Shown piece after piece: positions 25,101-37,100 of a stretch of DNA of 43,939 bases (position 1 is its first letter; each line of letters begins with the position of its first letter). The position numbers and the translations under genes are program-made. The notes beneath the pieces are model-generated. The model was not told the origin of the DNA. It did not search any database and saw nothing but the letters and a program-made list of their open reading frames with translations. This stretch comes from Nemertoderma westbladi. Lineage: Eukaryota; Animalia; Xenacoelomorpha. The stretch covers positions 1 to 43,939 of the forward strand of contig JAUCBJ010005042.1 in the NCBI GenBank assembly GCA_032718475.1, in the 5' to 3' direction.

Positions 25101-28100
25101 TTTATTCTCCACTCTTGTTTTGAAGTACTGTTTATTCTCCACTCTTGTATTCAAGTACTGTTTATTCTCCACTCTTGTTTTGAAGTACTGCTTATTCTCC
25201 ACTCTTGTTTGGAGTACTGTTTATTCTCCACTCTTGTTTGAAATACTGTTTATTCTCCACTCTTGTTTGAAGTACTGTTAATTCTCCACTCTTGTTTTGA
25301 AGTGCTGTTTATTCTCCACTCTTGTTTTGAAGTACTGTTTATTCTCCACTCTTGTTTTGAAATACTGTTAATTCTCCACTCTTGTTTTGAAGTGCTGTTT
25401 ATTCTCCACTCTTGTTTTGAAGTACTGTTTATTCTCCACTATTGTTTTGAAGTACTGTTTATTCTCCACTCTTGTTTTGAAGTACTGTTAATCCTCCACT
25501 CTTGTTTTGTGAAGTGCTGTTTATTCTCCACTCTTGTTTTGAAGTGCTGTTTATTCTCCACTCTTGTTTTGAAGTACTGTTTATTCTCCACTCTTGTTTT
25601 GAAGTACTGCTTATTCTCCACTCTTGTATTGAAGTACTGATTATTCTCCACTCTTGTTTGAAGTACTGTTTATTCTCCACTCTTGTTTTGAAGTACTGTT
25701 TATTCTCCACTCTTGTTTGAAGTACTGTTTATTCTCCACTCTTGTTTGAAGTACTGTTTATTCTCCACTCTTGTTTTGAAGTACTGTTTATTCTCCACTC
25801 TTGTTTGAAGTACTGTTTATTCTCCACTCTTGTTTGAAGTACTGTTTATTCTCCACTCTTGTTTTAAATTACTGCTTATTCTCCACTCTTGTTTGAAGTA
25901 CTGTTTATTCTCCACTCTTGTTTGAAGTACTGTTTATTCTCCACTCTTGTTTGAAGTACTGTTTATTCTCCACTCTTGTTTTGAAGTACTGTTTATTCTC
26001 CACTCTTGTTTTGAAGTACTGTTTATTCTCCACTCTTGTTTGAAGTACTGTTTATTCTCCACTCTTGTTTGAAGTACTGTTTATTATCCACTCTTGTTTT
26101 AAAGTACTGTTTATTCTCCACTCTTGTTTTGAAGTACTGTTTATTCTCCACTCTTGTTTGAAGTACTGTTTATTCTCCACTACTCTTGTTTTGAAGGTCT
26201 GATTACCAATAAAGTTGATCATGGCTGTTGGAATGAACATATGAACTGTAAGGGCACTGGAAGTTTCTCATTTCGAAAATTGATTAGATATAAGTAGTCG
26301 CGTAGGGGTGAAATGTTAATTTCATTTGTGCTATTTATGCTTTTTGATGATATGTATTTAAAGTACTATTTTAAAAAATAATAGGAAATTTATTAATTTG
26401 GCTAACTTATTATACGAAAATTGTAATTTAATTTACTATGAATTTCCAATTCATTTTATATCTAATTTTGCTCACTTAATTAGCTACTGTTTATAGAAGC
26501 AACTTTATGCAGGCAATACATCACCACCTCAGGGACTACCAATCTTTAATTTAATTAGTTGCATTATATACGGATATTGATAAAGTTGATTTATTACAAT
26601 ATTAATATTACACCGGTTATTATTGCCTTGTTTAGATCCTAATAATATTACATTCAACGCATCCAACTTCGCTGATTACGAAGCCAAGGTAACGAGTAAA
26701 ATCATACAACACAAACTGGGAAGCCACTATCTGTTAGCTTCACCACCACCAACAATGGGCGCTAGTCTACAACTAGCTGCTGCAGTGAGTATGAGTACTA
26801 GTAGCTACTGCAGTGAGTATGAGTGCTAGTATATATCTAGCTGTTGCAGTGAGTATGAGTGCTAGTCTACAACTAGCTGCTGCAGTGAGTATGAGTGCTA
26901 GTCTACAACTAGCTGCTGCAGTGAGTATGAGTGCTTGTCTACAACTAGCTGCTGCAGTGAGTATGAGTGCTAGTCTACAACTAGCTGTTGCAGTGAGTAT
27001 GAGTGCTAGTCTACAACTAGCTGCTGCAGTGAGTATGAGTGCTAGTAGCTACTGCAGTGAGTCTGAGTGCTAGTCTACAAATAGCTGCTGCAGTGAGTAT
27101 GAGTACTAGTAGCTACTGCAGTGAGTATGAGTGCTAGTCTACAACTAGCTGCTGCAGTGAGTATGGGTGCTAGTCTACAACTAGCTACTGCAGTGAGTAT
27201 GAGTGCTTGTCTACAACTAGCTGTTGCAGTGAGTATGAGTGCTAGTCTACAACTAGCTGCTGCAGTGAGTATGAGTGCTAGTCTACAACTAGCTGCTGCA
27301 GTGAGTATGAGTGCTAGTCTACAACTACCATCTGCAGTGAGTATGAGTGCTAGTCTACAACTAGCTACTACAGTGAGTATGAGTGCTAGTCTACAACTAG
27401 CTACTACAGTGAGTATGAGTGCTAGTCTACAACTAGCTACTACAGTGAGTATGAATGCTAGTCTACAACTAGCTACTACAGTGAGTATGAGTGCTAGTCT
27501 ACAACTAGCTACTACAGTGAATATAAGTACTAGCCTACAACTAGTTGCTGCAGTGAGTATGAGTGTTAGTATACAACTAGCTACTGCAGTGAGTATGAGT
27601 GCTAGTCTATAACTAGCTGCTGCAGTGAGTATGAGTGCTTGTCTACAACTAGCTGCTGCAGTGAGTATGAGTGCTAGTCTACCATTACCTGCCGCAGTGA
27701 GTATGAGTGCTAGTCTACAACTAGCTACTACAGTGAGTATGAGTGCTAGTCTACAACTAGCTACTACAGTGAGTATGAGTGCTAGTCTACAACTAGCTAC
27801 TACAGTGAGTATGAGTGCTAGTCTACAACTAGCTACTACAGTGAATATAAGTACTAGCCTACAACTAGTTGCTGCAGTGAGTATGAGTGTTAGTATACAA
27901 CTAGCTACTGCAGTAATTATGAGTGCTAGTCTGCAATTAGCTACTACAGTGAATATGAGTCCTAGTCTACAACTAGCTACTGCAGTGAGTATGAGTGCTA
28001 GTCTATAACTAGCTGCTGCAGTGAGTATGAGTGCTTGTCTACAACTAGCTGCTGCAGTGAGTATGAGTGCTAGTCTACCACTACCTGCCGCAGTGAGTAT

Positions 28101-31100
28101 GAGTGCTAGTCTACAACTAGCTACTGCAGTGAGTAATAGTGCTAGTCTACAACTAGCTACTGCAGTGAGTATGAGTGCTAGTCTACAACTAGCTACTGCA
28201 CTGAGTAATAGTGCTTGTCTACAACTAGCTGCTGCAGTGAGTATGAGTGCTAGTCTACAACTAGCTGCTGCAGTGAATATAAGTACTAGTCTACAACTAG
28301 CTACTGTAGTGAGTATGAGTACTAGTCTACAACTAGCTGCTGTTGTGAGTATGAGTGCTAGTCTATAACTAGCTGCTGCAGTGAGTATGAGTGCTTGTCT
28401 ACAACTAGCTGCTGCAGTGAGTATGAGTGCTAGTCTACCACTACCTGCCGCAGTGAGTATGAGTGCTAGACTAGAACTAGCTGCTGCAGTGAGTATGAGT
28501 GCTAGTCTAAAACTAGCTGATGCAGTGAGTATGAGTGCTAGTCTACAACTAGCTACTACAGTGAGTATGAGTGCTTGTCTACAACTAGCTGCTGCAGTGA
28601 GTATGAGTGCTAGTCTACAACTAGCTGCTGCAGTGAATATAAGTACTAGTCTACAACTAGCTACTGTAGTGAGTATGAGTGCTTGTCTACAACTAGCTGC
28701 TGCAGTGAGTATGAGTGCTAGTCTACAACTAACTGCTGCAGTGAATATGAGCGCTAGTCTACAACTAGCTACTGCAGTGAGTATGAGTGCTAGTCTACAA
28801 CTAGCTACTGCAGTGAGTATGAGTGCTAGTCTACAACTAGCTGCTGCAGTGAGTATGAGTACTAGTCTACAACTAGCTGCTGCACTGAGTATGAGTGCTA
28901 GTCTACAACTAGCTGCTGCACTGAGTATGAGTGCTTGTCTACAACTAGCTGCTGCAGTGAGTATGAGTGCTAGTCTACAACTAGCTGCTGCAGTGAGTAT
29001 GAGTGCTAGTCTATAACTAGCTGGTGCACTGAGTATGAGTGCTTGTCTACAACTAGCTGCTGCAGTGAGTATGAGTGCTAGTCTACAACTAGCTGCTGCA
29101 CTGAGTATGAGTGCTTGTCTACAACTAGCTGCTGCAGTGAGTATGAGTGCTAGTCTACAACTAGCTGCTGCACTGAGTATGAGTGCTTGTCTACAACTAG
29201 CTGCTGCAGTGAGTATGAGTGCTAGTCTACAACTAGCTGCTGCAGTGAATATGAGTGCTAGTCTACAACTAGCTACTGCAGTGAGTATGAGTGCTAGTCT
29301 ACAACTAGCTACTGCAGTGAGTATGAGTGCTAGTCTACAACTAGCTGCCTTAGTGAGTATGAGTGCTAGTCTACAACTAGCTACTACAGTGAGTATGAGT
29401 GCTAGTCTACAACTAGCTACTGCAGTGAGTATGAGTGCTAGTCTACAACTAGCTGCTGCAGTGAGTATGAGTGCTTGTCTACAACTAGCTGCTGCAGTGA
29501 GTATGAGTGCTTGTCTACAACTAGCTGCTGCAGTGAGTATGAGTGCTAGTCTACAACTAGCTGCTGCACTGAGTATGAGTGTTAGTCTACAACTAGCTGC
29601 CCTAGTGAGTATGAGTGCTAGTCTACAACTAGCTACTGCAGTGAGTATGAGTGCTAGTCTACAACTAGCTACTACAGTGAGTATGAGTGCTAGTCTACAA
29701 CTAGGTGCTGCAGTGAGTATGAGTGTTTGTCTACAACTAGCTGCTGCACTGAGTATGAGTGTTAGTCTACAACTAGCTGCCCTAGTGAGTATGAGTGCTA
29801 GTCTACAACTAGCTGCTGCAGTGAGTATGAGTGCTAGTCTACAACTAGCTACTACAGTGAGTATGAGTGCTAGTCTACAACTAGGTGCTGCAGTGAGTAT
29901 GAGTGTTTGTCTACAACTAGCTGCTGCAGTGAGTATGAGTGCTAGTCTACAACTAGCTGCCCTAGTGAGTATGAGTGCTAGTCTACAACTAGCTGCTGCA
30001 GTGAGTATGAGTGTTTGTCTACAACTAGCTGCTGCAGTGAGTATGAGTGCTAGTCTACAACTAGCTGCCCTAGTGAGTATGAGTGCTAGTCTACAACTAG
30101 CTGCTGCAGTGAGTATGAGTGTTTGTCTACAACTAGCTGCTGCAGTGAGTATGAGTGCTAGTCTACAACTAGCTGCCCTAGTGAGTATGAGTGCTAGTCT
30201 ACAACTAGCTGCTGCAGTGAGTATGAGTGTTAGTCTACAACTAGCTGCTGCAGTGAGTATGAGTGCTAGTCTACAACTAGCTGCTGCAGTGAGTATGAGT
30301 GCTAGTCTACAACTAGCTGCCCTAGTGAGTATGAGTGCTAGTCTACAACTAGCTGCTGCAGTGAGTATGAGTGTTTGTCTACAACTAGCTGCTGCAGTGA
30401 GTATGAGTGCTAGTCTACAACTAGCTGCCCTAGTGAGTATGAGTGCTAGTCTACAACTAGCTGCTGCAGTGAGTATGAGTGTTTGTCTACAACTAGCTGC
30501 TGCAGTGAGTATGAGTGCTAGTCTACAACTAGCTGCCCTAGTGAGTATGAGTGCTAGTCTACAACTAGCTGCTGCAGTGAGTATGAGTGTTAGTCTACAA
30601 CTAGCTGCTGCAGTGAGTATGAGTGCTAGTCTACAACTAGCTGCTGCAGTGAGTATGAGTGCTAGTCTACAACTAGTTGCTGCAGTGAGTATGAGTGCTA
30701 GTCTACAACTAGCTACTACAGTGAGTATGAGTGCTTGTCTACAACTAGCTGCTGCAGTGAGTATGAGTGCTAGTCTACAACTAGCTGCCCTAGTGAGTAT
30801 GAGTGCTAGTCTACAACTAGCTCCCCGAGTGAGTATGAGTACTAGTCTACAACTAGCTGCTGCCGTGAGTATGAGTGCTAGTCTACAACCAGCTGTTGCA
30901 GTGAGTATGAGTGCTAGTCTACAACTAGCTACTGCAGTAATTATGAGTGCTAGTCTACAACTAGCAGCTGCAGTGAGTATGAGTGTTAGTCTACAACTAG
31001 CTGCTGCAGTGAGTATGAGTGCTAGTGTACAACCAGCTGTTGCAGTGAGTATGAGTGCTAGTCTACAACTAGCTACTGCAGTAATTATGAGTGCTAGTCT

Positions 31101-34100
31101 ACAACTAGCTGATGCACTGAGTATGACTGCTTGTCTACAACTAGCTGCCCTAGTGAGTATGAGTGATAGTCTACAACTAGCTGCTTCAGTGAGTATGAGT
31201 GCTAGTGTACAACTAGCTGCTGCAGTGAGTATGAGTGCTAGTCTACAACTAGCTGATGCACTGAGTATGACTGCTTGTCTACAACTAGCTGCCCTAGTGA
31301 GTATGAGTGATAGTCTACAACTAGCTGCTTCAGTGAGTATGAGTGCTAGTGTACAACTAGCTGCTTCAGTGAGTATGAGTGCTAGTCTACAACTAGCAGC
31401 TGCAGTGAGTATGAGTGTTAGTCTACAACTAGCTACTGCAGTGAGTATGAGTGCTAGTATATATCTAGCTGTTGCAGTGAGTATGAGTACTTGTCTACAA
31501 CTAGCTGCTGCAGTGAGTATGAGTGCTTGTCTACAACTAGCTGCTTCAGTGAGTATGAGTGCTTGTCTACAACTAGCTGCTGCAGTGAGTATGAGTGCTA
31601 GTCTACAACTAGCTGATGCACTGAGTATGACTGCTTGTCTACAACTAGCTGCCCTAGTGAGTATGAGTGATAGTCTACAACTAGCTGCTTCAGTGAGTAT
31701 GAGTGCTAGTGTACAACTAGCTGCTGCAGTGAGTATGAGTGCTAGTCTACAACTAGCTGCTGCAGTGAGTATGAGTGCTAGTCTACAACTAGCTGCTGCA
31801 GTGAGTATGAGTACTAGCCTACAACTACAACTAGCTGCTGCAGTGAGTATGATGATTTATAATGTCCATTTTATAATTTATATTCTAAGTCGTTTTGGAA
31901 GGGTAAGTGTTGAATCCACTTGGTCCACACCACCCCCCCTCCCCTTTATATTGTAAATAAAGTTCATAATTAATAAAATAATGTTGATATATATGAGTCA
32001 AAGATTTTTTCTAAATGTAATCGAGTAGAAAGACTTTCCGTTTAAATATTATTCATCATGAATTATTCTGATTTTATTCTAAAAAAAATTTAAAGAAATA
32101 ATTTAATTAAAACATAACTCAGTGAGCCTGCAAATTAATCCACGCTGTCTATCAGGGGGGGGGGGGGGGGGTAATTACTCGCAAACAGAGGAAATTATAG
32201 CAGATTCGAGACACAGAGCCCATGCCAAAGTTTAGAAGAAGCGAGTGAGCCATTAAACTCCCAGGTTGCTGTATGAATGCTACAATGGGGGGTTTACGCG
32301 AGTTTGAGTTTGAGTAAACCAGATAGGTTTGAGCTAGTGAGAGGTAGGTAAGAGAAAAGGTACCCAGTTTGAGAAAAGTACTGCTACAGATTAACACAAT
32401 TATGTATATTTAGATACTGGATGGACTGGAATTAAAAAACGATTCATTGGCTGATCGGGTTCTATTATACCACGAGTTGGACGAGGCGATACGGTACGGG
32501 ATCGCATATTCGGCGGGGTTGGGCGATCCAGCGTTCTCGGGTTAGTGAAACGCATTTACTCGAACAAGCAACTAGAAGTTCTTTACTAATGTTTGTATTA
32601 ATTTATGATTACCGCCACTTTACTGTGATTTGGAGAGTCAAAGACGCAAAATAACTCCAATTTTATTTTTTTTTTTTACAGTTTTATTTGAATTTTATAT
32701 ATTTTTTAATTTCTCCCGATTAATTATTTAAAAGTGAAACAATAATGGCTACCGCAACACTGCAAAAACGAGATCTAATGGCCCATGTGAAGTATACCAG
32801 ACTTTCTGCTGTTATATTTCACTTTGCAGTTTACCCCTATGTGAAGAATAACAGATTTTCCAGGTTACTGAATCTAACCAAAACAATAAACGAATTAGTA
32901 AGTTAACAGGTTATACTGTAAGACAGATACGAGCGCTATAAAACTCTTAATAAGGCGTAGTTAAAGAATTCAAATTATTCACATATAATATTCCAATCAA
33001 ATTTAGACCGAAAAGTGAAATTCTTTACACGGGCTGACATAATCAAATCTTGAACATAAACTTACACTCAAAGAGCCTCCCTCTAACTGCAAAATACTGG
33101 ATAATAAATACATACTGTATAATTAATTAATACACACTTGTGTGTAAGATTATCGCTCTATATTTTAGGCCTATTATTTTACGAATGATTTGTTGTAAGT
33201 ATTAACGTACTTAGGTACATAATAATGGTAATAAAATAAATGGACTTGGTTGCTTACTACTGTATTGTACAGAAGGTCTGCAATTAATATACAAAGTTAT
33301 TATATATCTTTTTAAGTTTTTAAATTATTTTGCTAACTAATGTTTTTCACTGTATCATTACTACTGCATTTCTAACAATAGTAGTCTGTAACCACAAAAG
33401 CTTCCAACTTCCTATCGTCATTGAATACCAACCAAGCATAAATCCAGTCACCTCCATCAGAATCAACCATGAATTCGTCATACACTCCGCAGGAATCGCT
33501 AGCTAGCATCAGGGTTGAGACCTTCCCATCTGTTTTAACCTCTAGTTTGTATTTATCTAAAAGAGTTAGAGTGTCGATTTCTTCTTCATCGTCTCCTTCT
33601 TCGTCCTCAGATTCATCAGAGTTCTCCTTATTTTCCTCAGACTCGATCTTTTGAAGCAGATTTACTCCCCACTCCTTGTCTACAACTAACACTCCATGAG
33701 AGCTGCCCTTGTAGCGTTGAAACGCTCCGCTGTGATGGTAACCCCAATCGTAGCGGTTGACAAACTTAATGTCTGCCATGTGATCCGGCGTCCACGAAAA
33801 CCCTTCACTCTTCAAACTCCTTTCAACAATCGTATCAGGGTCGCACTCTTCATGACAGAACACAATATAATCAATATCAAAGTGCTGGTCAACATCTGTC
33901 CTGGTCTTCAGGAATCGATTCCATTGGCCGTTTTTGGCTTTGGAACGATACTGATGGTCGACTTGGTAGTGTGTGACGCCTAACCCATCACTGACAGTCT
34001 TCCCAAGATCGCTGTCAAAATTTTTTGACCTAACTCCCTCTAAAACAGTGTCCAGTTGACCCCACAAAATTTCTCCTGAGGTAATGGTGAATGTCATTAT

Positions 34101-37100
34101 CAATCAATGCCTCTTACAGTAATATTCAATTTAAAAAAAAATCCTCCAAAAATACTTCTGTCACTAAAGTAGTTGGACACAGGACCTAGGCCCTAGGCCT
34201 ACTGTAAAATATAGTGTAGGCCTACTGTAAAATATAGTGTAGGCCTACTACTGAACTATAAGAATTGTTTGTAAGTAATTGTCTTGTGTTTGTGTATGCA
34301 AACAGGCACAGGCAGAGAGAGTGATGGTATGTACATAAGGCCTACATACTGTCTCATTCTAGCAGTAGCAATTCTCATACGATCAGCAGTCACTCAGTCA
34401 CCTTTTACAATACACCTTAATCCACCACCACATTCACCACTCATGAAATGATAATACTTTAAGTATGTAGGTAATTAACACAACAATACACTGGCCGATA
34501 GGCGTTCCCAAACATTTAACCAATCATGTGTAAGGAAACAGTATAATAGAAGGATGGAAAGAAAGCTGATGGCTTCTATATTGGAGCCAATATTTTATCC
34601 AAAATCGACTGTGTATTTAATAAACATTATTATAAGTAATCCAAGAAAGATAACATAGAAGTATACCAGACTTTCTGCTGTTATATTTCACTTTACAGAA
34701 TACCCCATGTTGTGAAGAATGGTTTACTCTAAAAACCCAGGTTACAGTAGAAGGTCTGAATCTAACCAAAACAATAAACGAATTAGTATATGTACACGTA
34801 GGCGTACAGGCTATACGATAGAAATAAGCGCTAAAAAATGCTTAAGGAGAAATTAAATAATACAAATTCTTCATAAATAAATATCATTTAGACCGAAACG
34901 TGAAAACCTGGTATTCTTCACATGGTACCGGTAATTTTTTTAAATCGCTGCCTCTCTTTAAATCACACAACTGTATGTTTTTGTTGCCCTAATTTCAGAT
35001 ACGATCTGGAGTTATATTGAAACATTTTTGAAACAAAGTAACATTAATGAGCTCAGGAGTGAGAGAGACTTAGGTGCGATGGGCTACTCTCAGTTGGTTG
35101 CGGGAGTTAAGTGGGCTGAAGATATGAAGTTATTCGATCAGGGTGGGACTTCCAGTGTTGTGGCTGTGGATAGTCACGGGAACATAGCGGTGGCATCAAG
35201 TTCCATTGGATCAGAGTAAGTTACAATACGAGGTTCCTACAAAACGCTATTTATTCATATTTAACTACAAAGATAAAGTTTTAACTATGCGTTATTTTGG
35301 TACCATACCAGTACTTTAAATCTGGGAAATATATTATATTAATCACCTTATTATAATATTAACATAACATCCGACCTTATATCGTCCCTTTCATTTTCAA
35401 AAAACCTAAATGACAAAATTGACTTTTCCTGTAAAAGGGCATTTTTGATTCTAATTTTGTTTGCAAGTAATACTCCAGGATTTTGGTCTTATTTACTTTT
35501 AAATACATTAAATATAACGATTTTAAACAAAAACAGTTTTAGTATTGGAATTATGTAACATATTAGGTAGGAAACTATGTATAGGGATTAGGTTGTTTCA
35601 AAAAAATATATTACATGTTTTACAATGATTACTCAAAAAACATTAAAACTCTTAAGACAAATTCGATTATTAAGTTATAAAATAGAAATCAAATCTCCCC
35701 CGATCATAATAAACAACCATTCTACCTCTCGATTCGTTGTTTCCAATTTTATATCAACGTTTCCCGGGCTTACTCTATTTATAATAGTAAAATGTATTAT
35801 ATAGGTTGTTTTAAAAATTATATATTTATTATGCGGTCTATGTAAAACTGGCATATAGGTGGTTACAAAACGATTAAATATCTCAGTTATACGTGGAGTA
35901 TGGCCTTCTAAGTGTGTTAATCGGATTCAGAATACATTTTAACATAAAGAAATGCAGCAATCTCCATTTCGGCAAAAATGGCATATAGGTGGTTTCAAAA
36001 TGAAAGGGACGATATGTATAGTCAGTCATACAGTACTTATGCTAACTGACATTTTCAAAACATGATTGACAAACGTGATTATGGTGATTTACTTACGATT
36101 TTGTTTTATTTGAGTACAGAGGTGTAATAAGTATCAGGGTGGTACAACAGAGACACTAAATTTTTTTCTAAAGAAGTCATTGAGTGTTGAGTTAGGGAAT
36201 ATTCCTCAAAAAACGAATTATAACAAGTTTCACAAATCAATTTAACATTTCAGGCCTCAACCTACGGAGCCCCTAAAGGGACATGAGAAATGTTTTTTTT
36301 TCGCTAAGTCGTGCGAACGACTTAGTATGTCGTGCGAACGACTTACTAAGTCGTGCGAACGACATACTAACTCGTGCGAACGACTTAGTATGTCGTGCGA
36401 ACGACGTACTAAGTCGTGCGAACGACTTAACTAACTCGTGCGAACGACTTACTAAGTCGAGCGAACGACTTACTAAGTCGTGCTAAGTACTAAGTACTTA
36501 CTATTGTACTAAGGAAGTGCAATTTTTTCACATGTCCCTTTAGGGGCTCCGTACCAACCTGCCCATAAATATTAATTATATATATAGTATACTGTACGTA
36601 CATGTAGAGTACAATGATTGGTACTATTAAAATTTTCATTTTCAAGTCCCAGTGTCTGCTTCTTTATAAGGAACGCAATTAGGGAAGACCCTCTCTCTAT
36701 CCTTAATCCATTCTACTGTACCTATACAGTATGTCAACCCCTAGGCCTACAGTACATACAGTATATCGACCGACAATTAATTATTTATAGAACTGTATTC
36801 TGTTCTGTATAAATAACACTAACTATACTGTTACAGGTTTGGATCCCATTTTATGTCAAAGTCAACTGGGATCTTACTAAATAACAGAATGGCGGATTTC
36901 ACCGAAGAAACACACTTTACTGGGTGTAAGTATAACTATTTATTATACGACTACAGTAGTTATTTAATGTAGCTGACCCAGAGATATATATATTCCCGAG
37001 CGTAGTCAATTAAACATCAAGCGATCTAAAGCACTTTTATTCCTCAAAATTGCTTCCCTTGCTCCGTGCCGAAAACTGCGTTTAAAATACAACTGTAAGT

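Noticed and set aside
17985-26196. Recursive-splicing (AG|GT) sites in the satellite
   Set aside because: The unit reads AAGTAC, not AGGT, so acceptor and donor are not juxtaposed as required.
17867-26240. Dozens of short ORFs on both strands (ENKQYFKTRV, LKYCLFSTLV)
   Set aside because: Translations of the 29/30-bp satellite, with frames switching at every 29-bp unit.
17843-26258. hAT-like element enclosing the satellite (CAGTG...CACTG)
   Set aside because: Only 5 bp of terminal match and no 8-bp target-site duplication.
29035-31956. 973-aa ORF (MSASLQLAAAVS)n and the neighbouring ORFs at 26813-29016
   Set aside because: Product of a 36-bp stop-free unit derived from coding sequence. It is cut off from exon 7 by a frameshift and several stops and has no independent gene features.
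36305-36484. CRISPR-like palindromic repeats
   Set aside because: No unique spacers and no cas genes; eukaryotic context and enclosed by MITE TIRs.
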